A stretch of DNA of 64,000 bases, taken from NCBI GenBank assembly GCA_041650915.1, contig JBAZKE010000001.1, positions 611,097 through 675,096 on the forward strand, in the 5' to 3' direction. A program made the position numbers and the translations under genes. Position 1 is the stretch's first letter. Each line of letters begins with the position of its first letter. The notes below the pieces were generated by a model that ran no database searches, was not told the DNA's origin, and saw only the letters and a list, made by a program, of their open reading frames with translations. The stretch is from Patescibacteria group bacterium (GTDB taxonomy: Bacteria > Patescibacteriota > Patescibacteriia > UBA10025 > JAHIVO01). Below are positions 21,375 through 30,744 of the stretch, one piece after another.

Positions 21375-22631
21375 ATGCCCCTACTCATTTTTGAAAATAA
21401 AAATTACAAGCAGCTGTACCCGATCGCGTATACTCGGCCGACATTCGATACGATCCTCGGAATGTCATCACTGCTCGATAAAATACTTGGACGCTTCTCA
21501 ACGCAAAACGTTTCACTCTTTTGCAGAGATTTCCTGCGGCCGATGGTTAAACGCAATTATAAAAAGTATGGCGTTAATGTTTTTCCAAAAGGCGATGAAG
21601 TTATTCTCATTGATGGAACGGTAGTCATGGATGGAGTCCTGTCAAAAATGCTCCATCAGTTTACAAAAGATACTGTGGTAACAAATGGCAAACAGCTAGT
21701 AGCTGCCCGCATTTCCGGCAGCAATTTAAAAAAGCTCAAGGGTTCAAAACAAATTGATTTGTCACTCGTCAGAGCCCCGAAGAAAAAAGTACCCGTAAAA
21801 GTAGTCCAATATATCTGGGAAACTATATTGATCAATAGTGCACAGTTGAAAAAAGACTTTGCTCAAACGGGAAAGCTTGGGATTCAACAGTCAAAACCCT
21901 TAGGTGGAGAAAATTCCATATTTCTAGTCCAAAAAGAAAATATATACATTGCACCGCGCGTAGAACTTTTTCCGCTTGTTACCATAGATGCAAAAAGCGG
22001 CCCTGTTTACATCGAACGCGGAACAACCATTGCGCCGAATGTCATTATTCGCGGTCCTGTTTACATCGGGAAAAACTGCACTATTAACAGCGGTGCCAAG
22101 ATACTCCCCGGCACCACCATCGGTGAGAGCTCAAAAGTCGGCGGTGAGATCGCAGAGACTATCATCCACGGTTTTTCTAACAAGCAACACGACGGTTTTC
22201 TCGGGCATTCGTATATCGGTACATGGTGCAATTTGGGCGCGAATACCAACAACAGCGACCTTAAAAATAACTATAGTCCCGTTTCCATCCAGATTGGGTC
22301 CGATACGTACGACACGCAACAACTCTTTGCCGGAATTTTTATGGGGGACCACTCGAAAACCGGAATTAATACCATGCTCAACACTGGCACGGTAATTGGA
22401 GCCGGCTGCAATATTATCGGTACCGGTTATCCGAGGAAATTCGTTCCGTCGTTTACCTGGGATAACCAGCAGCACAAGCCGGTCACACACGCTTTTGATA
22501 AGTTTATTGCGACTGCAAAAGTTGTATGCAAGCGCAGAAACGTAATGCTGACAGCTGCAGATAAAAAACTCTATGCTGCTGCTTTTACCAACACGAGCAT
22601 CGATCGAACCCACTTTAATTCAAAACGGTAA
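21375..22631 (+). CDS. Alternative GlmU-like sugar nucleotidyltransferase/acetyltransferase (Bacteroidota/Chlorobi type)
   Basis: LYPIAYTRP N-terminus; KVGGEI, SNKQHDGFLGHSYIG.WCNLGA.TNNSDLKNNY, GDHSKTGINTMLNTG left-handed beta-helix. Confidence 0.85.
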   Translation: MPLLIFENKNYKQLYPIAYTRPTFDTILGMSSLLDKILGRFSTQNVSLFCRDFLRPMVKRNYKKYGVNVFPKGDEVILIDGTVVMDGVLSKMLHQFTKDTVVTNGKQLVAARISGSNLKKLKGSKQIDLSLVRAPKKKVPVKVVQYIWETILINSAQLKKDFAQTGKLGIQQSKPLGGENSIFLVQKENIYIAPRVELFPLVTIDAKSGPVYIERGTTIAPNVIIRGPVYIGKNCTINSGAKILPGTTIGESSKVGGEIAETIIHGFSNKQHDGFLGHSYIGTWCNLGANTNNSDLKNNYSPVSIQIGSDTYDTQQLFAGIFMGDHSKTGINTMLNTGTVIGAGCNIIGTGYPRKFVPSFTWDNQQHKPVTHAFDKFIATAKVVCKRRNVMLTAADKKLYAAAFTNTSIDRTHFNSKR

Positions 22632-22633
22632 CT

Positions 22634-23650
22634 ATGAAAATAGGCATCTACGGGATAGGAAGCTTCGGTTTCGCGATCCTGCAGCACATCAGTACAAACC
22701 AATTAATCAAATCCTCCGTTGAAGTTATCGCGTACGACCGGGACAAGGAACTTATAAACCATTTGCAGAAAAAAAGGAGGCATCTTCACCACCACAAAAA
22801 AATCCTTATCCAAGAAAACGTATTGTTCACGAACAACGAGAAGGATGTTTTTTCAGGCAATGACGTAGTTATTATTTCCATTACTTCATCGGCAATAGCA
22901 CACGTACTTAAAAAAAACACCAAGTTCATTAATAAAAAAATGATTCTGCTGAATACCACGAAGGCGCTCGATAAAAAAACTGCTCGATGCTTTTCAGAAA
23001 TTGTCGGTGGTATGCCGGTCATTCGCCGGCACGCTTGCCCCCTGGCAGTCATAGCAGGCGGCACGATCGCATCCGACCTTTTTCACCATGAGCCCCTTGG
23101 CGTAGACATCGGTTGTGGCGATCCTGGCGCCCTTAAGGTGTTAAAAAAATTATTTCTCTCTGACAACCTTAACGTGTACACTACTTCAGACGTACGCGGT
23201 ATCGAGTATGCGGGTGCTTTTAAAAACGTAATTTCGATCCTCGCTGGAATCGTTAACGGCTGCGGATTTTCTTACGGATCGGAGACGCACCTTATAACCC
23301 GTGCGGCTTTTGAGACTACGAGGTTATTGAAGAAAAAAATCTCCATTGATCCATACACTTTCTCAATGTACAGCCAGTGCTGGGGAAATGATCTTTGGCT
23401 CAGTTGCACTGGAAATACGAGAAACCGTGAATTTGGCATGCTCATCGGAAAAGGGTTTTCTCCAAAAAATGCTTTACATACAATGAGTTCTCAGCGTAAA
23501 ACTGTCGAAGGCGTCAATACGGTCCAGGCTCTGAAAAAATTCAATCTCTCGCCTGCATTTCCGATTTTTAATGGAATATATCGTATCGTAGTAAAAAATC
23601 AAAAACCTAAAAAAGTCATTCTTGAACTCATGGCATCAAACCAAATATAG
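22634..23650 (+). CDS. gpsA: NAD(P)H-dependent glycerol-3-phosphate dehydrogenase family (divergent)
   Basis: GIGSFG, TTKAL, DVRGIEYAGAFKNVISI, DL..SC...RNREFG, VEGV. Confidence 0.8.
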   Translation: MKIGIYGIGSFGFAILQHISTNQLIKSSVEVIAYDRDKELINHLQKKRRHLHHHKKILIQENVLFTNNEKDVFSGNDVVIISITSSAIAHVLKKNTKFINKKMILLNTTKALDKKTARCFSEIVGGMPVIRRHACPLAVIAGGTIASDLFHHEPLGVDIGCGDPGALKVLKKLFLSDNLNVYTTSDVRGIEYAGAFKNVISILAGIVNGCGFSYGSETHLITRAAFETTRLLKKKISIDPYTFSMYSQCWGNDLWLSCTGNTRNREFGMLIGKGFSPKNALHTMSSQRKTVEGVNTVQALKKFNLSPAFPIFNGIYRIVVKNQKPKKVILELMASNQI

Positions 23651-23673
23651 TGCTTTACAGTACCGGCGTATTA

Positions 23674-23702
23674 TTGCATAAAATAAAGCTTGTTGGTATA
23701 CT
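23674..23702 (+). promoter_or_regulatory. Internal sigma70 promoter for the WbpD/E/I-like genes
   Basis: TTGCAT, 17 bp, TGgTATACT. Confidence 0.6.
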
Positions 23703-23738
23703 CTCATTCATTCATTTCTAAACTATTTTTTTAACAAA

Positions 23739-24335
23739 ATGACGATGCAAAAAGAATCCAAAAAACCATATTTTGCACATGAGACCAGCCTGGTGGACGA
23801 GCCAGCCACTATCGGCAGCGGAACAAAAATTTGGCATTTTGCGCATATCATGAAAGGCGCAAAAATTGGAAAAAATTGTTCATTTGGGCAAAATGTATAC
23901 GTTGGAAGCGGCGCTATTGTTGGCGATAACGTTAAGGTGCAAAACAATGTCTCTATTTACGATGGCGTAACTCTCGAGGATTATGTTTTTTGCGGGCCTT
24001 CGATGGTTTTTACCAATGACCTGAATCCGCGCTGCAAGTACCCCAAGCATGGGCACTACGTTAATACAACAATTCGCTACGGTGCGAGCATTGGGGCGAA
24101 CGTAACCGTCGTCTGCGGCCATACGATCGGCAGGCACGCATTCATCGGTTCCGGATCGGTTGTAACAAAAGATATTCCGGATTATGCGCTTGCGTTTGGC
24201 AATCCTGCTAAAATTCAAGGTTGGATGTGCGAATGTGGCACAAAACTGAGCTTTGCGGGCGGTGATGCGCAATGCGCTACGTGCAAGCGAAAATTTACCA
24301 AAAAAGATACTATTATTAAAGAAATACTAAAATGA
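23739..24335 (+). CDS. WbpD/WlbB-like sugar N-acetyltransferase (LbH)
   Basis: IWHFAH, GQNV, KVQNNVSIYDGV, FCGPSMVFTND.NPR, C-terminal CECG...CATC. Confidence 0.9.
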   Translation: MTMQKESKKPYFAHETSLVDEPATIGSGTKIWHFAHIMKGAKIGKNCSFGQNVYVGSGAIVGDNVKVQNNVSIYDGVTLEDYVFCGPSMVFTNDLNPRCKYPKHGHYVNTTIRYGASIGANVTVVCGHTIGRHAFIGSGSVVTKDIPDYALAFGNPAKIQGWMCECGTKLSFAGGDAQCATCKRKFTKKDTIIKEILK

Positions 24336-25438
24336 AATTGCTCGATTTAAACGCCCAGTACGAACCTATTAAGGAAGAGATAAACGCTGCCATTCAGGAT
24401 GTCCTCAACCGGACCGCATTTATGCTCGGTGAGGATTTAAAAAATCTCGAATCAGAAATCGCTGCATATTGCGGATCGAAGTATGCGGTCGGCCTCAATT
24501 CTGGCACCGACGCCCTCCTATTCGCCATCCGTGCGTATGATATCGGGCCGGGTGATGAAGTTATTACAACGCCATTCACTTTCATTTCAACCGCCGAAGT
24601 AGTGGCGGTTCGCGGAGCGAAGCCTGTTTTTGTTGATATTATTCCTGATACTTTTAATATCGATCCTGAGCTCATCGAAGAAAAAATTACACCACGGACA
24701 AAAGCGATTATCCCTGTGCATTTATACGGCCAGACTGCTGATATGGAACCCATCATGGAGCTCGCAAAAAAACATAACCTCAAAGTCATCGAAGATGCAG
24801 CCCAGTCGATAGGCGCTGAATACAATGGCAAAAAGGCATGCTCCATCGGGGATATCGGATGTATTTCTTTTTTCCCGGCGAAAAATCTCGGCGCATACGG
24901 CGACGCCGGAATGATTACGACTGATGATGAGGCGATCGCCGAACATATTCGCATGGCACGTAATCATGGTTCGAGAAAAAAATACTACCATGAATTTTTA
25001 GGTGATTCTTCACGCCTCGATAACCTTCAAGCCGCAATTCTTCGCGTTAAATTGAAATATATTGACCAATGGAATAATAAGCGCATAGAAAACGCTGAAT
25101 ACTATAATGCATTATTTTCAAAAGTGAAAGGGGTCGTCACACCAAAAACACTTGCCAATACAAAAACGGTATACCAGCAGTATACGATACGAATTCAGAA
25201 TAGGGATAAAGTTCAGGCTTACCTAAAGGAAAATGGAATACCGACCGCCGTCCACTACCCCACGCCCCTGCACCTCCAGCCGGTATTTCTGAACATGAAT
25301 TTAGGTTTTTCAGAAGGTGATTTTCCTGAATCTGAAAAAGCGGCTCGTGAGGTATTGTCACTGCCAATGTACCCGGAGATAAGCCGATCAGACGAAGAAG
25401 AAATCGTCGCCCAGATCGAGCACGCGTTAAAAATCTAG
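24332..25438 (+). CDS. DegT/DnrJ/EryC1/StrS aminotransferase, WbpE/WlbC-like
   Basis: SGTDAL, PVHLYGQ, IEDAAQ, SFFPAKNLGAYGDAG, SRLDNLQAA. Confidence 0.92.
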   Translation: MKLLDLNAQYEPIKEEINAAIQDVLNRTAFMLGEDLKNLESEIAAYCGSKYAVGLNSGTDALLFAIRAYDIGPGDEVITTPFTFISTAEVVAVRGAKPVFVDIIPDTFNIDPELIEEKITPRTKAIIPVHLYGQTADMEPIMELAKKHNLKVIEDAAQSIGAEYNGKKACSIGDIGCISFFPAKNLGAYGDAGMITTDDEAIAEHIRMARNHGSRKKYYHEFLGDSSRLDNLQAAILRVKLKYIDQWNNKRIENAEYYNALFSKVKGVVTPKTLANTKTVYQQYTIRIQNRDKVQAYLKENGIPTAVHYPTPLHLQPVFLNMNLGFSEGDFPESEKAAREVLSLPMYPEISRSDEEEIVAQIEHALKI

Positions 25439-25445
25439 AGTACAA

Positions 25446-26528
25446 ATGAATAAAAAAATTATTTGCTCAGTTGTTGGCGCAAGGCCGCAATTCATTAAAC
25501 TTGCTCCCTTATCGAAACAACTCCAGCAATCCTACAATGAAGTCATCATTCACACTGGACAGCATTACGATAAAGAATTATCGAAGATTTTTTTTGATAC
25601 GCTCAATATCCCGAAACCGGACTATAATTTAAATGTCCGGTCAGGAACTCACGGAGCCCAAACCGGCATCATGCTTGCCGGCCTCGAAAAACTCTTTACG
25701 AAACTGAAGCCAAAACTCGTGCTTGTTTTTGGCGATACGAATTCCACTCTCGCCGGTGCACTCGCAGCGGCAAAAATGCATATTCCTGTCGCACATGTCG
25801 AATCGGGCATGAGAAGTTTCAATAAAAAAATGCCAGAGGAACGAAACCGAATCATTACGGATCATATCTCCGACATCCTTTTTTGTTCTACACAACAATC
25901 AAAACGGTGGCTCGAGCAAGAAAATATTACTCGAAATGTGCACGTCGTCGGCGATCTTATGATTGATGCGCTGATGGACCATGCAAAAATTGCAATGGCT
26001 GACTCCCACGTTATCCACGATCTGAATATTAAACCAAAGAGTTATTACCTCTCGACAATACATAGGGCTGAAAACACAGACAGTAAATTTCGGCTGGAGA
26101 ACATCTTAGCGGCCTTAGCAAAATCAAATAAAAGAGTTATTTTGCCGCTCCACCCTCGGACAAAAAAAATGATAAAAAAGCATGGCTTATCCAGTTACCT
26201 CCATTCAAAACAGCTACTCGTCATACCTCCTGTAAGCTACCTCGATATGCTCCAGCTTGAAATGAATGCATTAAAAATTGCAACCGATTCCGGCGGCATA
26301 CAGAAGGAGGCATACTTTTTTAAAGTCCCCTGCGTTACGCTCAGAGATGAAACTGAGTGGCTCGAGACCGTCAAAGGCGGGTGGAATGTCGTTACCGGCG
26401 TCGAGAAAAAAAAGATCCTCAATGCTCTACGAAAATCTTCTACTCCTCGCAAACATACTGCGAGTTACGGCAGCGGGAATGCAGCAAAAAAAATCGTAGT
26501 ATGGCTCAATGCATTCTTGTCCAAGTAA
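25446..26528 (+). CDS. wecB: Non-hydrolysing UDP-HexNAc 2-epimerase, WbpI/WlbD-like
   Basis: GARPQFIK, HTGQHYD, GDTNST, HVESGMRS, MPEE.NR, TDSGGIQKEA. Confidence 0.9.
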   Translation: MNKKIICSVVGARPQFIKLAPLSKQLQQSYNEVIIHTGQHYDKELSKIFFDTLNIPKPDYNLNVRSGTHGAQTGIMLAGLEKLFTKLKPKLVLVFGDTNSTLAGALAAAKMHIPVAHVESGMRSFNKKMPEERNRIITDHISDILFCSTQQSKRWLEQENITRNVHVVGDLMIDALMDHAKIAMADSHVIHDLNIKPKSYYLSTIHRAENTDSKFRLENILAALAKSNKRVILPLHPRTKKMIKKHGLSSYLHSKQLLVIPPVSYLDMLQLEMNALKIATDSGGIQKEAYFFKVPCVTLRDETEWLETVKGGWNVVTGVEKKKILNALRKSSTPRKHTASYGSGNAAKKIVVWLNAFLSK

Positions 26529-26600
26529 TTGAGCTTATCTAAAATTCATGGCACGATTGGGTCAATCACACTCGAAACCTAACAGGACGTATCGACATTC

Positions 26601-27749
26601 ATGAATGCCCCCAAGGATCCTTTGAAAGTGCTCTGCATTGCAGGCTGGTATCCGAATCGTAAAAATCCTTACGAGGGTATTTTTATTCGTGAACACGTTT
26701 ATGCCATCGCTAAACAGCATGATGTCGTTGTTTTGTATAGAGATTTTAATTCTTCCGATTCTCCACTATCTGATTCGGTAGAAAATGGAATTCGAACAAT
26801 TCGATTTTTTGCTCCTGCCTGGATGCCAAAAAAACTTTCCTACTTTCTCTTTACATTCAAAATCGCATCAATTGTTCAGAATAAATTGATAAGCCAAGGC
26901 TGGCACCCAGATCTTATACATGCTCATGAGTATATCGCGATGCTGCCAGCACTCCGATTGCAGAAAAAACTACGTATCCCGGCCGTTTCAACCGAACATT
27001 CATCTACGTTTCCGCGGCACGAACTTAGTTTTTTCGAGCAGCTTATAGCGCGTTATGGGCTCCGCCGCGCTGCAATGATTCTTCCAGTGAGTTCGGTGGT
27101 TGAGCAAGGATTGCGTGATTATGGGATTAAAACTGGGTGTACAATAATCCCAAACGTAGTTGATACGGCAATTTTTAATCCATCGCGACAACCGCAAAAA
27201 AATATTAAAAAAAAAATTTTAGTAGTCGCATCCTTGATTCCAGTCAAAGGAATCGATTATCTGATCAATGCAGTTGCCCAGCTTGTTAAAAAACGCCAAG
27301 ATTTTGTATTAGAAATTGTCGGTGATGGTACTTGCGCCAAGGCATATAAGCAATTAACAGAACAGCTGAAACTTAATAATTTTATACGGTTCCATGGGCG
27401 CCAAAATAAAACTATAGTTTCGGGTTTCATGAAAGGGTGCGATTTTTTTGTTCAGCCAAGTCTTTTCGAAACCTTTGGCGTAACGCTTATCGAAGCAATG
27501 GCATGCGGCAAACCGATTGTCGCATCAAACGCTGGCGGTATATCTTGCCTCATTACTGAAGATATCGGATTACTGGTCACTCCTAAAAACAGCATTGCAT
27601 TACAGCACGCGATCAATACCATGCTTGATTCTTTTCACCATTACTCAGCACTAGATATTGCACGGCATGCTCGAGAAAACTTCAGCTATGAAGTAGTCGG
27701 GAAAAAAATAAGTGAGCTTTATAAAAAAGTTTTAGCAATACACACTTAA
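26601..27749 (+). CDS. GT4 glycosyltransferase
   Basis: WYP....GIF, TEHS, KGID, ETFGVTLIEAMACG. Confidence 0.92.
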   Translation: MNAPKDPLKVLCIAGWYPNRKNPYEGIFIREHVYAIAKQHDVVVLYRDFNSSDSPLSDSVENGIRTIRFFAPAWMPKKLSYFLFTFKIASIVQNKLISQGWHPDLIHAHEYIAMLPALRLQKKLRIPAVSTEHSSTFPRHELSFFEQLIARYGLRRAAMILPVSSVVEQGLRDYGIKTGCTIIPNVVDTAIFNPSRQPQKNIKKKILVVASLIPVKGIDYLINAVAQLVKKRQDFVLEIVGDGTCAKAYKQLTEQLKLNNFIRFHGRQNKTIVSGFMKGCDFFVQPSLFETFGVTLIEAMACGKPIVASNAGGISCLITEDIGLLVTPKNSIALQHAINTMLDSFHHYSALDIARHARENFSYEVVGKKISELYKKVLAIHT

Positions 27750-27750
27750 C

Positions 27751-28971
27751 ATGAAAATAGTCCACATTATTGGTTTTTACCAGCCTGAATTCGGCTATCA
27801 AGAATACTACCTCTCGAAACGCCAAAAAGAAAATGGGCACGATGTCTACCTACTTACGTCTGACTATCTATACCCTTTTAAAGACATTGGCAGGATGCTC
27901 AAAGACATTGGCAGTACAGAAACCGGACGTAAACGAAAACCCGGATCTTACGACATTGATGGGGTAAAAGTATTCCGATTTAAAAGTTTTTTTCGGTATG
28001 GCGACTTTATTTTGGCAAGAGGGATAAAGAAAAAACTTGGAGAGATTAGGCCTGATATCGTCTATGCCCATGAAGCAAAACAAGGATTGCCCCTTTTCGC
28101 AGCAAAGTATAAAAAAACTTTCGGATATAAGCTCATTTACAACCACCATGATTTTTACCATACAATCAGGAATCACGCGCTGTGGAAAAAATTATTACGA
28201 TATGTTGACTATTTCTGGTTTCGAATTTTTCTCGTCCGCTGGGCTCTGTCTAAAGCTGATGCTATAATCTCACCGGTTGATGAAATTACTTCTTTTTTAA
28301 TCAACAGGCACCATATTGAGCCGAGTAAAATAAAATCATTCCCCCTCGGAGTAGAAACTCAGCTCTTTATGCGATCTGGTAAGGATCGAAATGCACTCAG
28401 AAAAAAATATAGCATTGCCGAAGATGAAACAGTATTGCTGTTTTCGGGTAGAATCGAGAGTCGTAAAAACATCGAGCTTCTTATCGAAACTTTCAGTCAA
28501 TTGCGAAAGCAATTTCCATTAAAGCTTTTTATAATCGGTAGCGGCGATAAGGCCTACTTTGAAAAACTTAACCAGATGGTTTTGCAAAAAGGACTGAAAA
28601 AAGATATTTTCTTTACAGGGTTTACAAAAAAAGCAGACCTAACCAAGTTTTTCTCTGCCGCGGATATTGCCGTATGGCCGGGTAATAATTCGATTTCTAT
28701 CATGGAAGCAATGTCGTGTAGCCTGCCAATCGTTATTGTCGATCTTCAACTCGGCTACCTCGCTTCCCACAATAATGGATTCACATTTAAAGATGGTGAT
28801 GCTGAGGGATTTGCCGAAATCATCAAAAAAATTATCATTGATAAAAATCTGCGAAAAAGAATGTCAGAAAATTCCAGGAAGGCGGCTATTGAAAACTATA
28901 GTGAGCAAAAACGTTCACATGATATAACACAGTTTTGCTGTGACCTAGTGCAAAACAACGTCTTACATTAA
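27751..28971 (+). CDS. GT4 glycosyltransferase
   Basis: FSGRIESRKNI, SISIMEAMSCSLP. Confidence 0.88.
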   Translation: MKIVHIIGFYQPEFGYQEYYLSKRQKENGHDVYLLTSDYLYPFKDIGRMLKDIGSTETGRKRKPGSYDIDGVKVFRFKSFFRYGDFILARGIKKKLGEIRPDIVYAHEAKQGLPLFAAKYKKTFGYKLIYNHHDFYHTIRNHALWKKLLRYVDYFWFRIFLVRWALSKADAIISPVDEITSFLINRHHIEPSKIKSFPLGVETQLFMRSGKDRNALRKKYSIAEDETVLLFSGRIESRKNIELLIETFSQLRKQFPLKLFIIGSGDKAYFEKLNQMVLQKGLKKDIFFTGFTKKADLTKFFSAADIAVWPGNNSISIMEAMSCSLPIVIVDLQLGYLASHNNGFTFKDGDAEGFAEIIKKIIIDKNLRKRMSENSRKAAIENYSEQKRSHDITQFCCDLVQNNVLH

Positions 28972-28974
28972 TAC

Positions 28975-30591
28975 ATGGTAAAAAATTTTATAAATAAAAA
29001 TATACTTTGGCTGATAGTACTATTGTTAGCTATCATCTATTCGAGTTGCTTGATAAAAACTCCACTTTTATCGGCCGGCGATGTGCTGCACCAATCGTGG
29101 ATTGCAGGAGAAATCGCCGATACCGGGACCATACCGATTCAGAATCCCATGACCGGTAATTTTGACATCTTATCACTTTCACCGCTCTTCCAAATTCTCG
29201 GGGCACAATTAAGCTTGCTGACCGGCATTCATGAAATATATATATACGTTGCCCTTAACTTTTTATTAATTCCCATGCTCTGCCTCGGATTTTACCTCGT
29301 TACCAGAAAACTGTTTTTAAACGAAACTATTGCCTTGCTGGCAGTGCTGATATTCTTTTCACTGAACAGTGCAACGTATATCAGCCGCCATATCTCATTC
29401 TTTGTTATTAAAGAGGCTACGATTGCGATTTTTTTAGTCTTTTGCATTCTCTACCTGACAATTACACTGCTGAAACATCAAGGCCGGTATCAAGTACGCT
29501 TACTTGCATTGTATGGGACGCTTGTTGCAGTCACCGCCCTCACGCACCAATTTACCACCTTTTCAATTGTAAGCATTCTGGTTTCCCTTTACGTGCTCCT
29601 CTTTGTACTTTATCCGCAGCTTCGAAAAAAAATTCTATTGCTGGGATCTATCGTTTTCGTTGCAATCATAATAGTGTTTTTATTAAACGCGAACTTACTT
29701 TTTTATCCTGAAACAGGGTATCTCACGACACAACAGCACACCTTTACGAAAGATTTTACCGAGTCTTCTGCGGTTTCTTCAAATGACCTCCGTTCATCAT
29801 ATCTTTCTAGCGTGTTCGACGATGCGTACCATCCGCTTCTCCTGCTATGTGCAGTATTTGGAGGAATCTTTTTTATCATAGTACAAAAAAAATCAGCGCG
29901 TGAAATGCCTGCTCACCTGTTTATACCTGCAGTATGGATCATCACTTTCTTTATACTGGCGCTGCAGCCGATTGGCAACTTCCAGCTCCTTCCTACCCGT
30001 TTTTTGCACTGGACAATTATTCCGCTAGCTATTATCGCCGGGTATGGGTTGTACTTTTTGCTGCTTTCATTCAAGCGTTCATCCATCCAGCTTTCTCTTC
30101 TCGCTGCGCTTGTTATAATTCCCTTAACGATGTCGATAACGCTGAATGCTGATTCTTTCGATAGTACAGAAAATATCAGCTTTAAGGAACTTGAGAGTTA
30201 TGTGCGCATCCATACGATACTTGCTGACTCAGATAATAAAACGGTTGTCAGCGACCCATTTTTCGGCTATAAGCTTATCACGATTTCAGGGGCTCAGTTG
30301 ACCTACCGCTACGAGCGTACAGGAATGTACCGTGACGACAGCCTGGAGTTTGATGCTGTCAAAAAATTCATCTATAGTGACCCTGAATCCGCCTATGACT
30401 ATGCATCATCGAGCGGAGCAAAGTATATTGCCATAAACTACGACGATAAACACCGATACTACGAAGAAGCCGACTATGCAAAATTAGATGATGCTGACCG
30501 CTACAGGCGCATCGTGCATGAATACCCGGGTTCTATGGATGAAATCTCTATTTACGAGATCGTACCGCGTAATAAAGACAGCCTCCGATAG
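28975..30591 (+). CDS. Polytopic membrane protein, probable GT-C fold glycosyltransferase
   Basis: GDVLHQ loop after TM1, TGTIP...NP, many TMs, TALTHQFT, PTRF, soluble C-terminal VVSDP domain. Confidence 0.62.
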   Translation: MVKNFINKNILWLIVLLLAIIYSSCLIKTPLLSAGDVLHQSWIAGEIADTGTIPIQNPMTGNFDILSLSPLFQILGAQLSLLTGIHEIYIYVALNFLLIPMLCLGFYLVTRKLFLNETIALLAVLIFFSLNSATYISRHISFFVIKEATIAIFLVFCILYLTITLLKHQGRYQVRLLALYGTLVAVTALTHQFTTFSIVSILVSLYVLLFVLYPQLRKKILLLGSIVFVAIIIVFLLNANLLFYPETGYLTTQQHTFTKDFTESSAVSSNDLRSSYLSSVFDDAYHPLLLLCAVFGGIFFIIVQKKSAREMPAHLFIPAVWIITFFILALQPIGNFQLLPTRFLHWTIIPLAIIAGYGLYFLLLSFKRSSIQLSLLAALVIIPLTMSITLNADSFDSTENISFKELESYVRIHTILADSDNKTVVSDPFFGYKLITISGAQLTYRYERTGMYRDDSLEFDAVKKFIYSDPESAYDYASSSGAKYIAINYDDKHRYYEEADYAKLDDADRYRRIVHEYPGSMDEISIYEIVPRNKDSLR

Positions 30592-30742
30592 CGATATTGG
30601 CACATACAACGATAACGAGCAGCCCGACAAAACCGCTGACGGAATTCAATATGCTGATCCGGCTGTTTTGAAGCAAAACGTCAATGCCAGAAGCAATGGC
30701 ATACAATCCTTTAAGTATATAAAAAATTGTCTCGGTGATCAT
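30548..30742 (-). CDS. Possible small membrane protein (64 aa)
   Basis: ATG 2 nt after the upstream GT4 stop, hydrophobic C-terminal helix + basic tail; overlaps the convergent gene by 44 nt. Confidence 0.4.
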   Translation of the reverse strand: MITETIFYILKGLYAIASGIDVLLQNSRISILNSVSGFVGLLVIVVCANIAIGGCLYYAVRSRK

Positions 30743-30744
30743 AT

